A stretch of 64,000 nt of DNA from Felis catus (taxonomy: Eukaryota). The stretch spans positions 15,812,001-15,876,000 of the forward strand of contig NC_058369.1 of NCBI RefSeq assembly GCF_018350175.1, read 5' to 3'. This document shows positions 34,791 through 47,799 of the stretch, piece after piece. The position numbers and the translations under genes were made by a program. The notes below the pieces were generated by a model that saw only the letters and a list, made by a program, of their open reading frames with translations, ran no database searches and was not told where the DNA came from. The stretch's first letter is position 1; every line of letters starts with the position of its first letter.

Positions 34791-35740
34791 TTGGCTTAGA
34801 GGCTCCCTCCCAATGGCAGACCCTAGGTGGGTCTTGCAAAACCCTAGGGCTCTAAGGAGCCCAGTTTGAAAACCATTCGCTTGACTTTACTCTTGAGGAA
34901 ACTGAGGCCCAGATTGACTAACAACTTTTCCAAGATTCTCCAAGTGATGGGATCTGGGGTTTAGATTCGAACCCAGGCATCCTGACTCTATGATTTTTTC
35001 CTCTCCGTTGTGGATGTCCTCGAATGTCGCATGGGGAATCAGGCACAGGGCCCTCTGCCGGGTCGCTGAGGTCCTTTATCGTGATATGATGTCACCATCT
35101 CAGGTTCTCTCCCTAGCTCCCTTCTGCGGGATGCCAAGGGGCTGCCCTCTGCGGCTCGGGCATTTCTCTGCTTCCCGCTGGGAACCGCAGTCCGTGCTCT
35201 ATGGCTCTACCCGGCAGCTCCCTCCACATTGTTGACAGCCTGACTGGGGACCAGGAACACGAGCCAGGACTGCTCAGCCCTCCCCATCTTTTTATCTTGC
35301 CTACCCTCTTGACTTGCCCGATCCTACTCCTACCCAGGGGCCACAGTAGCTCTTGCTGGAATAAGTCCGATCCAGCTGGAAGGATGAGAAAACAGCCACG
35401 TAGGTTGGCTACCTGCTGACCCATGACCGCCACGCTGGTCACTACGGGAGGCTCATGGAGCCCACAGCCCAGCCTGCGGACGGGTGACCAGCGATCACAC
35501 GGCCAGTGATTCACGTGGGAACCGAAAGCACCCCTTGCTGGGGTGACTTCTCTAAAGTGGACACATGAATCAGCAGCAGGGACACTGGGAGGCAAGGCTG
35601 ACCCGGAGTCGTAGTCCGGGACCTTCCGCGCTCAGCCCCAGCACCGCAAACCTTCGTCACCACAGCCCAGCAGAATCACAACATCGCAGGTCATGGTAGT
35701 CTCATTTGTGGTAGGGGCTGGCGTCCAGAACGCATGTGTG

Positions 35741-35742
<2 letters not shown>

Positions 35743-35772
<30 letters not shown>
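35743..35772 (+). repeat. (GT)15 microsatellite
   Basis: Direct reading. Confidence 0.95.
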
Positions 35773-35774
<2 letters not shown>

Positions 35775-36109
35775 GCCCGGGTGAGAAGACGTCCCCGTCG
35801 CTGGCTTGTTTCTCATCACGGGGGCCCTGCGCGAGGGGGAACAGTGGGTCCCAGCCAGTCTCCCTCGCCTGGATTCCCAGTCGAGTTGCCTTGCGGGTCT
35901 AGGCTCCGAGCCCGGCCGGGCCCGCTCAGTCAGCTTGCTGTGTCGTGCCTACAACCTCATCTTTCCCTTCTCTGGGGCCAAAGTGGGGAATAGCTGAATC
36001 ATGAGGCCGGTCACAGATCAGCAGGTCACACGGTGAGGGCTCTCTTCCCTGTTCCGCCGCAGCTCTAGCTGTGCATCTCTGGGCTAGTCACTGTCCATCT
36101 CTGAGGCTC

Positions 36110-36545
36110 TGTGTCTCAGAGGATGTTTCTATTCATTATCTATCACTTAAAAAAAAAAAAACCTCCTTCAAAACGTAGTGTCTTAAGCACTGATCATCTC
36201 ACGTTGTTTCTGAGGCTCAGGAATTTGGGAGCCACTCGGCTCGGGAGTCTGGGCTCCCGACCTTTCATGGCAGGTGGGCCAGATGTCCACTGGGGCTCTT
36301 GTCACCTGAAGGCTTGACTGGGCCTGGGGGACCTGCTTTCCAGACGGCTCTTTCACGCGGCTGCTGGCAGGAGCCCTTGGTTTCTTGCCACTTGAGTTTT
36401 GAGTGGGAGAGCTGGCTCCGCCCAGAGTGAGCAAATCGGAGACAGAAGGACAGAAGCCACACTATCTTGGATGTTCTGGCCTCTGAAGTCAAGCCCTGTC
36501 ACCTCTGCACTATCCTATTTGTTACCCAAGGCAACCCTGTTCGAG
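36110..36545 (-). mobile_element. MLT1-type LTR remnant
   Basis: CAGGAATTTGGGAGC...GTCACCTGAAGGCTTGACTGGG...GCTGCTGGCAGGAG. Confidence 0.7.
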
Positions 36546-37264
36546 GATGTGAACGTCAGAAGGTGCGGACCCCCCCGGGGGTCACCTTGAAGGCCGGCTG
36601 CTACGATAGCGGTGGTTGTATCTGCCCTGCCCATCTCGCGGGGCCATCGTCGTGAGGTTTTGTTTGCACACCCGCTGCAAGGAAAACCAATAACCAGAGG
36701 ATGGATCTGCTAAGGTCAAGGCAGCGGCTGCTAAAAACAGCTGTAAAAGGGGGCGGGACCGAGGCCATCAGAGGAAGCTCCACGAGGAGCACGAGGGGGA
36801 CCCGGCTGGGAAACTGGGTAGCTCAGAGGACTCCAGCCCCCCTTGTTGTCCCATATGAGGGCGCAACGTGGAGACAATCGGGACTGAGTGGCAATGCACC
36901 CAATGCATATGGGCGCTCACCACAGGGAGGCTTTGCTCATCCATTAGTGTTCTCTCCACGGAAAACAGGTGGGTCACAGTCTCAGGAAGTCCAGGAGGGA
37001 GGCTGATTTGTGCCTTAGCCCTTAGCTGTGACATTCAGCCGAGTCAGTGCGCTTTTCACCAACTACAGCGGGCCGCATAAATGTGAAGGTCCGTTGTCAT
37101 TCCCTCCGGGCAAGACCCTGCCAGATCGTTCCTCAAAGAATGTCTCCACCCAATTTCTTAAACAGCCACAACGAGAAATTAGATGTCTTCAGGGTTTTGC
37201 AACGATCGGAAACCACTGCTCAAAGTTGACCCTACATCTTTCCCGCCTCATTGACGCCCACTTT

Positions 37265-37880
37265 TCCTGGTTACTCCTACTGTATGATAAATTGCTTGAA
37301 AACACAGGGGTGTAGAACAGCAACCATTTTATTTTGCTCATGGTTTGGGGGGGGGGGGTGGTTAGGAATTCCGAAAGGCTCAGCTGGACTCTTCACCTGT
37401 GGGATCTCTCATGCGGCTCACGGTATGATGTCACCTGAGGCCTCAGTCATCTGAAGGTCTGCTGGGGCTGGATGGCCGAGATGGCACATGCACAGAGCCG
37501 GCAGGTGAGGCTGGCCGCGGGCTGGAAGTTCAGCCGGGTGGTCCGCATGAATGCCTATACAGAGCCCCTCCAGCATGGCGGGCTCAGCCTAGTGGGGTTT
37601 CTTCCACGGTGCTAGATTCTTCGGCAGCTAGTGTTTTGAGAGAACTGGAATCTGCATAGCCTTTTGGGAAGGCCGTCAGGGTAATTTCTCCCACGGTTCA
37701 GTAGTTACACGCTCCCATGGTCTCCTGGGATAGCAAGCGAGTTATCAGGTCGGCACAGACTTAAGGGGATGAGAATCAGACTCCACTTCCCGATGGCAGA
37801 GTGGCCATGGGCCTGTGGGATGGGACGAGTCGCTGCGGCCATCTTTAGAAAGCGTAACCTTCCACAAAGGATGACAATCG
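37265..37880 (-). mobile_element. MLT1-type LTR remnant(s)
   Basis: CATTTTATTTTGCTCATG...GTCATCTGAAGG...CCTCCAGCATGGCGG...AGACTCCACTTCCCGATGG. Confidence 0.7.
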
Positions 37881-40409
37881 TTTCCCATACTCGGAGGCTT
37901 TGTAGAGAGTAATCCACGAACAACCCATTTCATGGAGTCAAAGACTATTTAGAGCTGAGGAGAGTCTTAAAGATTCTCTAGTTTAATCACTTTATCTTCA
38001 GATGAAAAACATTGGGGACCGAAGAGCTGAAGTGGCTCGCCCCGGATCCAGCAGCTGAGCAGAGGGGCAACAGCACTGGGAATCCCAGTCTCCTATCCAC
38101 CTGCGCCCCATCCTGCCCTTGGCAAACTCTGGTTGTGGCTGGTATCGTTCCTCGTCCTTCTTCCTAAGGGGAGGAGGGTTTTGCTCAGGGAATCTATCCT
38201 GCCCACAAGGCTTATGAGCCTCAAAGGGAGCTCACCCTGTGGTGTTGTGCCGTTCACACCCAAGGTCAGCATGGCAGGAGCCATTTTGCTACCAGCCCGC
38301 AAATGAAGCCACCATCCCGAGAAAGGCAGAGTCTAGAAGCAGAGTCTAGAAAGTCACTGGAAAGTGGAACTGCTGCTGCTGTTGCTGGATGAGGTCAGCC
38401 GCAAGCCTGCTGTATTAATCTTTCCATTTTGTGAGTCAACAATCTCCTTATTGTTAAAGCCACTTACAGTTCGGTTCCTGGTTACTTGCAGCTGAACGCA
38501 TCCGAGGTAAAACCCTTCTGCTGGGGGGATTAGTCCCGACCTTAGAAGGGGCAGGTAAGGAGATGTAGCTCAACACTCTGGGCTTAAGCTTCACTTATGG
38601 CCAGCGTATGTGGCCCTGAACTTGGTTCAGACGGTCTCCGATAACTGGGATTTTTCTCTCACTCTCTGAACCCAGTCTCTATCTGGAAGTGACTCAGTCC
38701 CTCCAGAACCCACTCTTGAGCCTCTGTCATTTTCAGTTCCTGCTCGGGGCTGGAGTCCTCTGGTCTTCCAAAATGTCACCCCACTGGCTACGGTGCTATA
38801 ACCCACAGTTGTCCGAGGTGCCCTCCTCCCTGTCACCCACCTTCCTGGATTTTGGAGGATCACCACTGTTGGGACCTCTGTGCTGAATGCTGAGCTCTGC
38901 CCCCAATGGTACATGACTGAGTGGACCCCGGTATCGGATGCTCACCCGGTTTAGGACTGTTGCCCCGTGCAGATTCTAGACACCCAGCCCTACCCTCCTG
39001 GACTGGACTTCCTCCCTGCACCTGCAGCAGATAAAGCCCGTCCCTCTCACAATTCCCTTTGTGCCTTCATGAGGCAGTCTCCTCGTAGATCTTCCTGGTA
39101 GACGCTTCTGAGGGGGAAATGCTTCTTTGGGGCCGTACAACATCTCGTATTTGTGCCTGCAAACCTTTCACAGTGCACGAGGCTCATGTTTTATCATACT
39201 GTCTTTTTCCCTTCTGCTTGGGGAGTCAGGTCACATGGGGGAATTTGGAAAGCAAAACAAGAAAATCCATTTATATCCGTTCTCACTAAGATATGTTTTG
39301 TCTGAGGTCTCTGTTTACATCCTTTGTGGCCCCAGATGATCCCCTTGCACTTGAAAGTATTGCCTGCTTGCTAAAAAGAAGTCTATTTTCAGGGCAGAAC
39401 TCATTCTGAGACTTGCTTTTATGGTAACCTCGGAGCAAGGTTACAGGGGAGTAGGGGACTTTCAACTCCTTTAAATAATGACCGCTGTTGGTATTAACCA
39501 AAGGAACCGCATGGTTACCCATGACTTAACTGGCTTAGGTCAGTTCTAACACTGGAAGTAGGAGACACACATGCATTTATGAGCAGTGGGGAACTTGCTA
39601 AGGATTTCTGCCAGGTGGAGGAGGGACCGGGGACACCACCTCACATGTATGTGTCCAGCAAGTCCCTGGAAATCTTCCTCTGGGCGACCGTGGCAGGTCC
39701 CCGCCTCTTCCCCGCCCTTTTGCCCACAGCACCCAGCCCCACTCCGCCTTCTTCCTCTTTCACGTTCTGGAAAAACTCCTTCCCTCTGCAGAAAAATTGA
39801 GCTGCCAGTTTGAGTAGTGAACTTCTTGAGGCAACTTTCACGCCAGCTTCGTAGTCTTTGCAATGACCTTGAGAGCGCTGATCGGTGAAAACAGAGGGTG
39901 TTGATTCAGTGTTCTTGATAAAGACGAAGGCATCACGCGTTCTAATCTCTCTGAATTTCCTGGTAGTGGTTCCGGGGTGTCAGCTATGGATGGAAGCCTG
40001 GCAGGCTTGGTTTCCAGGCTCTGAGGCCACCTCCTTTCTGCAGGTGACACAGGTGGCATCACCCCCGTGTCCCCTTCTGCCAGGTCTCTCAGGAGGCTGC
40101 AGTCCAGACTCTGAGGCTTGAATCCGTGGAGCCTCTTATGAGCTCTGGTTCCAACTGGGTTCCAGTTCTGGCTGCAGGGTCTTTGCCTCGTCCCTTGGGA
40201 CTTCTCTCTCCCTCGTGAAGCTTGTTCATCCCCCAGTCTCAGTGTGAATGGGCCCTGCCTTTCACCCAACACCCTTTCCCATGTCTTTGGGGGTTGGATT
40301 CTTGTCCCAGCCTCCAGCCCAGCTGGGACCCTGAGACTTGATGGATGCCAGATGTTTCTGATGAAAACTGAAGGGCCCCTGAGCTCGCAAGGGCACCTCC
40401 CACCTCCCA

Positions 40410-40613
40410 TTTTTTTTTAAGTTTATTATTTATTTTTTGAGAGAGAGACAGAGAGACAGAGAGACAGAGAGAGGGAGGGAGGAGATCCCAAGCAGGCTGC
40501 CCGCTGTCGGCATGGAGCCCCACGCAGGGCTCAAACTCACGAACCGTGAGATCATGACCTGAGCCAAAATCAAGAGCCGGACCTTAAGCCAACTGAACCA
40601 CCCAGGTGCACCC
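40410..40613 (-). mobile_element. CAN/SINEC SINE
   Basis: Reverse SINE; CCTCCCA on both flanks. Confidence 0.9.
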
Positions 40614-41299
40614 CCGCCTCCCAGTTTGGTCACGTACAACCACGGCGTTCCTTTGGTTAATATGAGCAGCTGCCATTCGTCACAAGAGTCACTCCCGTTC
40701 TCACCCAACTACATGCTGGGTGACTCCCGCTACATGTCTCTGACCGAATTCCTCCCCCATACACTGCCTATCAAGTGGGCACCTATCAGTCCCACCGTCT
40801 CCTGCGGGCTTGATGACGTCTAAACTCTCCGTTCCTCAGGGCGCTCCACCAATATGGCACACCCTAGAAGGTCTCACCTGAAGCCAATGTGACGGTACTC
40901 TCGCAGCGGGATTGGAGACCCAGCTGGTGAGACTCGGGTTGGCCCCCATCCTCCGGAATCAGCAGCTGGATACGCAGGCGGTGGGTGGTCAACACTCCTA
41001 AGTGGGAGGGAGGAAAGACTCAGTAGATTCTAACACCCCGCCCACGTGTCCGTGGGGTTTCTCGGTGCTTCACTAATGAGGACCCATCCCTCCATTCATG
41101 ACGCCAGCTAACGCCACCTCTGGTTATCCATCAGAGAGACAGCGGAAGCACTGTGGGAGCCCCTCTGGACTATGGCCTTCTGATTAAACTCTAATTACCA
41201 CCCCCTGGAGTTGCCCTCCTGGGGGCACCTGGCCTCCCTGAGAGTGTAGATGAAGCGCTACAGACTCACATTCAGATCGCTCTTTTGGCGCTGAAGCAT

Positions 41300-44200
41300 T
41301 TTAAAGCAAATTGCAGCGAAACCCCAGCACCGGGGCACCCCGCCTCTGTCCTAATAGTAACAAACAGCATTTCTGGTTTACAAAATGCCATCGCACAGCT
41401 TTCAACCCCTTGCAAAGTAAGTGCCCTGAAGCATCTCCAGCCCCGCCACCAAGGAGTCTCCCGCCAGCGAGGGCTCGGCACAGCCCCACGGCATCCGCTT
41501 CCGCTTCCGGGTCGCTTTGCAGCAGGCGTGCGTCGCGCGAGGTGCCTACGTACGATGGCGCTCTGGAGGCTTCCTCCCCACGCCGGCTTTCCTGGCGGCC
41601 ATGTGACCGCATGAGCATGCGATCTGCCCAGGCCAATCATAGTGGCCTCGTCCTTTCGGCCAAAGCGGCTGGCCAGGAAAGTGCACGTGGCCTGGCAAAG
41701 CCAAGCAGGAGGCCTCCTGGTTCTCTCAGCCCAGAGCTGGGAGGGGAGGCTGGGATTCTGGCACACTTCTCCTTGCTCCGGTGACCTCGGCCTTGCGGGG
41801 ACAGCTCCATCGCGAGCATGAATCCGACGGTCGGGGTGAATCAGAGGCCTGGGTCACGACGGCCTGAACGTGTCCTCCCCACCAAATTCACATGTTGCAG
41901 TCCTAATCCCCAAGGGGACGGTATAAAGAGGTAAGGAGGTTTGGATGACGTCCTGAGGGTGGGGCCCCCCAGGACGGGATGAGTGCCCTTTGGGGGCCTG
42001 CCCTTCTCTGCGCCCACGAGCGCTCAGGCAGAGCGGAGCCCATGGGAGGGCGGGCGAGGGAGGAGGCGGCCGCCTGCAAGCCCCGAGGCGGACCCTCCTC
42101 GAGGGTGAGTGCGCAGGTGCCTTGGCCTTGGGCTTGCCCACCTGCAGGGCACAAATGCCCGCCGTCCAGACAGCCCCGTCTGTGGGGTTTTGTGCATGGA
42201 GAGAGGAAGTCCTCGCGACCGTTGAATCTCCAAATCCAGTCCTCCCCGGGTCCAGCTGTACCGCTGTGCGCGTGCGGTTTGGCTGTGCAGCCCACAGATT
42301 CCCTTTTTCGCTCACGCTGGTTTGAGCTGAAGTTTCTAATGAATTTTTCCTCCATCAGCAGCCAGTAGCTGCTTGACAGCTGTTTTCACTCCTCCCGGGA
42401 GCCCCGTGCTGCTGGCCTTCCGGCGCTTGTCGCTACGGACCCGTCCCCCACCCTGTCCTCCGGAGGCGGCTCCGCACGTCCCCATCCTAACCTGCGGGCC
42501 ACCTGGGCCCAAACAGAGACCCCAGCACTGCGGCGCGGTTGGCTCGTGGCCGGCACGTCCGGCAGACGCCCGTTCTTGGGGTTAGCAAGGGGTGCTCGCC
42601 TCTGGGCTTGCCCGCGGCTAATTCACGCACGCTGTGCATCCGGGAAGTCCCGATTAGGGATTTTGCTTTCGTGTTTTCAAAAGTTATGCGGCCAGGCAAA
42701 GTATCACACTGTCATCCTGTTCAGGCACCATTGCTGCCTCCTGGGAACGATGTCCTCCTCCAGGACCTGGGGCTCATCCTGTCCCCTCAGCGCCGGCCTA
42801 CTCTCCTATGTGTCCCCAGGCCCCAGCGTGTGCACCGTGGCTCAGTCAACTGGGATCTCCAAGGGAGGCCTCATACTGTGGACGCTCAGCGAGGCCCATG
42901 TGTCCGGTGCCCCGTGCCCATGCGAACACCCCGGCCTCACGTCACGGGTGACTCACCCCGAGCTGTGGGCTTGGCGGGCAGGGCCCTCTCGATCTCTGGC
43001 TGCGCTTTCCACGCGGAGGAAGCCAGATAGCATCACGTGGTGGTGGTTTGTTTCCATCTCGCTGATCGAGAGCCTAAAAGCAAGAGATTCTGCTGTATCT
43101 TCCCTTTTATCGATCAGGGCCAGGGGTCCCAGGACAGCGGGTGAAGGGTGTAGACTTCGGTTTGCTCATCTGTAGACCGGAGCCGCTAGTCAAACATTGC
43201 TTTGCGCCTCACCTCCGACGGGACTGAGTACCCTGGACGTGCAGAGGAGAGACTCCTGAGAGCCTCAGGGCCCTTGAGAGAAGGGGGTTTCCTGAGAGGA
43301 CAGTGATGTCTGGCGTGACAGGCACTTTGGGGCCCACGTGGGCTCTTGACTTCTCTCGTGGCCTCACGGCTGCGATCTTTCCACATGTCGCCCTCCCCCT
43401 CCTCTCACTCCCGGGGAGAAAATCGTCTGTGGTCCCTCCAGCCCCGCGTTCCGGAGGGAGCTGGTCTGACCGGCAGAACCTGGAGACGTCCCCTACTCTT
43501 CATTATCTCTCGGGGGACACAATCCTGGGTTTTTCGCCCGACACCTCCCTGCCTGGGCTAGGGTCGACATGTCCCAGCCTTCCTTGCACCTGCGGGTGGC
43601 CACGTGACCGCGTTCGGGCCAGTGATTCACACAAGTGCAAGTTCTCCGTGTGGCTTCCAGGCTGTGCTTCTAAAAGGAAGAGGCGCGTCATCCGGGTCCT
43701 TTGCCCTTTCCCGCCTGGCAGAAGGTGGAAACGCTGTGAGCCCCCCCAGCACAGTGCAGGTGGGGACGGGGCCACAGGGGGCAGAGCGACAAGATAGAAA
43801 GAGCCTGGGCCCCCGACACCTTTGCGGACTGGAGCCGCCACGCCGGCTTAGACCTGCATTTGTTTCAGCCATGTCGTTGGGATTTGGTTTCGGCAGCTGA
43901 GCCACGGTTACATTTAGAAAAGCGGTATCGCCTTCAAGCCGGAGTTCCCAGATGGCCAGCGGGATGGGGCACCATCAGGTTGGACATCCCAAAACGCCGG
44001 CCCCGTGGCGCTGGCAGCTGGGGACGTCGGCAACAGGAGTTGGTGGCGTCGTTAATAAGAGGCCACGCGTGCGCCTCTTTCTGTCCCGTGACTCCACGTC
44101 GGATCCCCTGGTGAGAGACTCTGATTGGCATAGCAAATGCTCTCACCTTGGTTTGGTTGGTTCCCCTTGCGTCGGGTCGCGTCATGAGCCACTAAGCAGT

Positions 44201-44650
44201 TTATGGTGGGGTGTCCACTCCCCGTCCCCTCGGTGGGCACCCCTGTCTAAGTAAGCATCACCCCAGAACTGCTTTCCCTAGGTGGGTGGGTGGGGCTATA
44301 GGCCACGTAATTTCAGTTAGAGGGGACATCGGGCGTGAAGAAAAATACCCAAAGCTTCAAGGAATTGTCAGCGGCCACGTCTGGTGATTCTGGCAGATTA
44401 AGGCACCGGCCAGGTTCTCTTCAGAGCAAGAGAAGGGACCCAGGAACGGGTGAGGCCAGGTGCCAGGGGCGTGAGCCAGGGGTGAAGCTGGGGCTGGAGC
44501 ACGCACTGCGGTGAGCGGCGAGAGAGGATGAAATATTGTAGCTAAAACATCGTGGCGAGGAAATCTGTTCCGGGCACCTGAGGAGGCTGTCGGGGCCCCG
44601 GGAGGAGGCCCACTTCTTGGGGAACAAGATAGATCTCATGCCTCAGAAGC
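41300..44650. other. Extended GC/CpG-rich region
   Basis: Dense CpG by eye, no SINE insertions; not computed. Confidence 0.55.
41858..42295 (+). mobile_element. MLT1A-like LTR, GC-enriched
   Basis: CCAAATTCACATGTTG..GTCCTAATCCCCAA, GAGGGTGGGGCCC...GGGATGAGTGCCCTT, CCCGTCTGTGG. Confidence 0.75.
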
Positions 44651-45294
44651 ATGACTATAGTCAGATTCCAGACCATAGACCAGATTCCAGATTCCAGCAC
44701 TGTATAAGAATCCCATCGACTCTGCCCGATTCTTCCTCCTTCTTTCCCTGCCGTCAGAACTTTTTAAAATTTATTCTCGCCATGGCTCACCAGCCACCCA
44801 GACGATGCACAGTGGAGCCCGACCTCTTCCTCCTCAGAATAACCGCTGGAAACAAGAGGCTATCAAGGTCATGCTTCTCTGCATTAGGGTTTCACAATGG
44901 TGATGAGTGGCTGGAGAGATGGAACCGACATTCTAATTGCCCACCAGCCACCCATTGTCTCCTTTCTTAGGCAAAGAAACCCAATTTTAGCCTCTCTGCA
45001 GCTCGGGGGTGGCCAAGCAGCAACGGCCTGCAAGAAAAATATTTTGGAGAAGCTGGCTTGGCTGGAAGAACCACTCTTTTTCTCTCTCCTGCTTCTTGGA
45101 GCACAGATCCTTCATCGCCGGCAGCCATCTTGGATCACAAGGCGATCTTATGGATAGAAGCCACCCCTGAAGAGGGAGGAACAGAGAGGTCAGAGTCAGA
45201 CTCTCTGATGCCGCTATGGGTCCCGCATAGCTGGGGAATCAACCTCCAGGTTTTCGGTACCTAAGGGAGGAATGAACTTCTGCCCTGTGGAAGC

Positions 45295-45460
45295 CCTCAC
45301 TACTCAGTGTGCTTTGTGGACCAGCAGCGTGGGCATCCTTCAGGAGCTTGCTAGGAACACTGAACCTCAGGGCCCGCCCCGGACCTTTCGAATTCGAATC
45401 CGCCTCTTAACGAGGTCCACAGGTGTCATGTTGTGCACACGGTGGTTTGGGAAGCACTGG
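45295..45460. mobile_element. MER5A-like DNA transposon remnant
   Basis: GGACCAGCAGC...GGAGCTTGCTAG...CCCCGGACCT...TTTGGGAAGCACTG. Confidence 0.75.
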
Positions 45461-46194
45461 TTGAAGCCACTATTATTATCGTTTATCCTGTTGTTTGTAG
45501 CTGAATCTCGTCCTTGCGAATAGAGAAGATGATTCTGGTGCAGGGTCACCAAGAAAATGAGGCTTCTGGGAAGCTCACCAGTGTGTTCTCCCACATCTCC
45601 CTTCCCTGCTTCCAGGAAGAGCATGCATGACTTTCTAGACAACCCCCATTTCCCCACATCGGACCACGAGGGGTTTGGGGAGCCCTGACCAGCATTGTCC
45701 TGGGGCTCAAATTCTTGAAAAGCAAGGTTCTCGTCAGCTGCAGTTACCTGCACCCCAACCTCCTCTGTCTCCAGACCCAAGGGTTTCAGAGGACAGATGA
45801 TGGCATTAGCTCAGAGGAGGTAGGTGAAGGGGCCCACAGTCATTCTGAAACCTTAAGGCATCACAAAATAGATCATCTTTCCCGGAAGCCTCGGCCTACT
45901 GTTTCTAAACACAGGCGTTTCTAGGCTGTGTTTCTGGGGCTGCTGTCACACTCAGCTCCTCTGTGGCTCAGGCTTGATTGCCGAGGAGGGCCACACCCTC
46001 TGGTACGGAGCTCTGAAGGGTCCCTCCCTGCTCATCCATATCTGCCCAGATGGATGGGGGGGGGGGGGGTGGTGGAAAGGGAGCTCCTGAGGATGACGTT
46101 CCGGAAAATGGTCTTGACACGCTCCCAACTGGATGCAGCCGTTCAAATGAATCACTTTGAAGACATCCAACTGGAGTGGGGGCAGCTGGAAGTA

Positions 46195-46440
46195 ATGGTT
46201 AAACGCACGAGTCTCTGATTCAAGGAGATCTGGTTTGAAGCCCCGGTTGCGCCCTTTACTACTGTCTGACCTTGGACAGGTCTCTGATTTCCCTAAGCCT
46301 TCTCTCCAGTCCTGCCAACCCGGGCCTGGGTGTCCTCATCTGTATACGGAGTGATAACCAGTATAACACAACAGCGTCTTCTTTGGAGGGGCTTCTGTGG
46401 GTTCAGGTGCTTGACCGTGTGCGTCATTAAATCCTCAGTC
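46195..46440 (+). mobile_element. MIR remnant
   Basis: TGACCTTGGACAGGT...CCTCATCTGTA..GGAGTGATAA. Confidence 0.6.
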
Positions 46441-47799
46441 CTTGATATGGGCAGGTGTGTGAGCTCACTTTGTACACCTGTGCCTGTCAAATGGTAATGC
46501 CTCCATGCACCACCCGGAGATTTTGGTAGAAGGCAGCTTGATTTGGCGGTCTGGTGTGGGGCCTAAGCTTCCTGGTGGTGCTGGCAACCCCACCACGTAA
46601 GGCACGTATGGCGGGATTGGGGACTCTCTACTGGCAACTTGTGGATACTCTTTAGTCTTGGCTCCTCAGATGTTCAAAGACACTATGATTCCAAAAAGCG
46701 AAGGGCGATCACTTGTTACATGACCCTGTCACAAGATTTCTGTTCTGGGGTGCATAACCTGCTAAAGGTAGAACTTCATCTGGGATAAAGTGTCTACATC
46801 CTGGCGAGACAGGTAGAGGCGACAGCGGGATTTGGTTCCCTCCGGGTTTCTTGTGGTGCGTGATTTCCTCATGTTTCAGAGACCTCTCAGTTTGATGTGG
46901 CAATTTTGCTGTGGTTATGCCTTTCAACACACTTCCTGCTCTTCTCGCAAAACAAAGGCTGCTTTACCCCTCGCTTGGAGGCCAAAGCCCAGATGATTAC
47001 AGGTTTCCTCAAGAGCTTGAGCAGGGCCTGGGCGGGGGGGGGCACATCCGTGGTCCTCAGTGTGTGAAGCCTTTGGCTTTTTTCTATTTGAACAGCAGAG
47101 TTGAGATTCGCACGGACTTTACTTTCTATTGGAGCGAAGGATCGCAATGCTGCTAGAGGAACTCGAGCTTAGCAGCACCTCACAGCTGCAGATTTCAAGT
47201 GGAAATCTCGCTCAGCCCCTCAACGACGACGGAAAGTAGAACCCAGTCCTTTCTGTAGTCGAGGTTGTCTGGGTCACATAATTTCAGTGGCTATCCTCAG
47301 AGTGGCTAGGAATTCAGAGACTCATAAGCTATGGGAGCCGAGCAGGACCTGAGGACTTCTAAAGCCAACTTCTCTATGTTTCGGAGGTGGAAACCGAAGT
47401 CCGTAGGGGTTAAGCGACTTCCGCGAGATCACACAGCTGGCCTGGCCTTCGTGGTCATTTAGAACCACCCCGCAAATATTTCAGGTGGATTTCTTCCCTT
47501 AGTCAACTCCATTTCCTCCATTTTTTTTTTGATAAAAAAAAAATAATGTGTTAACCATTTCTTTATGAGTTTTTCCATTATGGAAATAACAACAACTATG
47601 TTACAACCTAATTGGAAAACAGAAGTAAATAAATCACCCCCACAATCTCTTTTTGACCCGACGCCTATCTATTACTTTCAAATGCTTTGGTATTTTGCTT
47701 ATTTTGCTTTTTAATTATTAACATATAGGTGCCTGGAAATAAAAATGCCAACAGCCTAGAAAGCCATAAATAGTAAGCCTTTCCCACTCCTTTGCTCGC

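Noticed and set aside
6959..38351. Short tandem duplications at 6959-6986, 29873-29905 and 38326-38351
   Set aside because: 13-19 bp slippage duplications are common and uninformative.
41272..44254. Many 100-209 aa ORFs on both strands (also at 21324-22348 and 54011-56252)
   Set aside because: Stop-codon scarcity in GC-rich DNA; overlapping in all frames, partly LTR-derived, no domains recognised.
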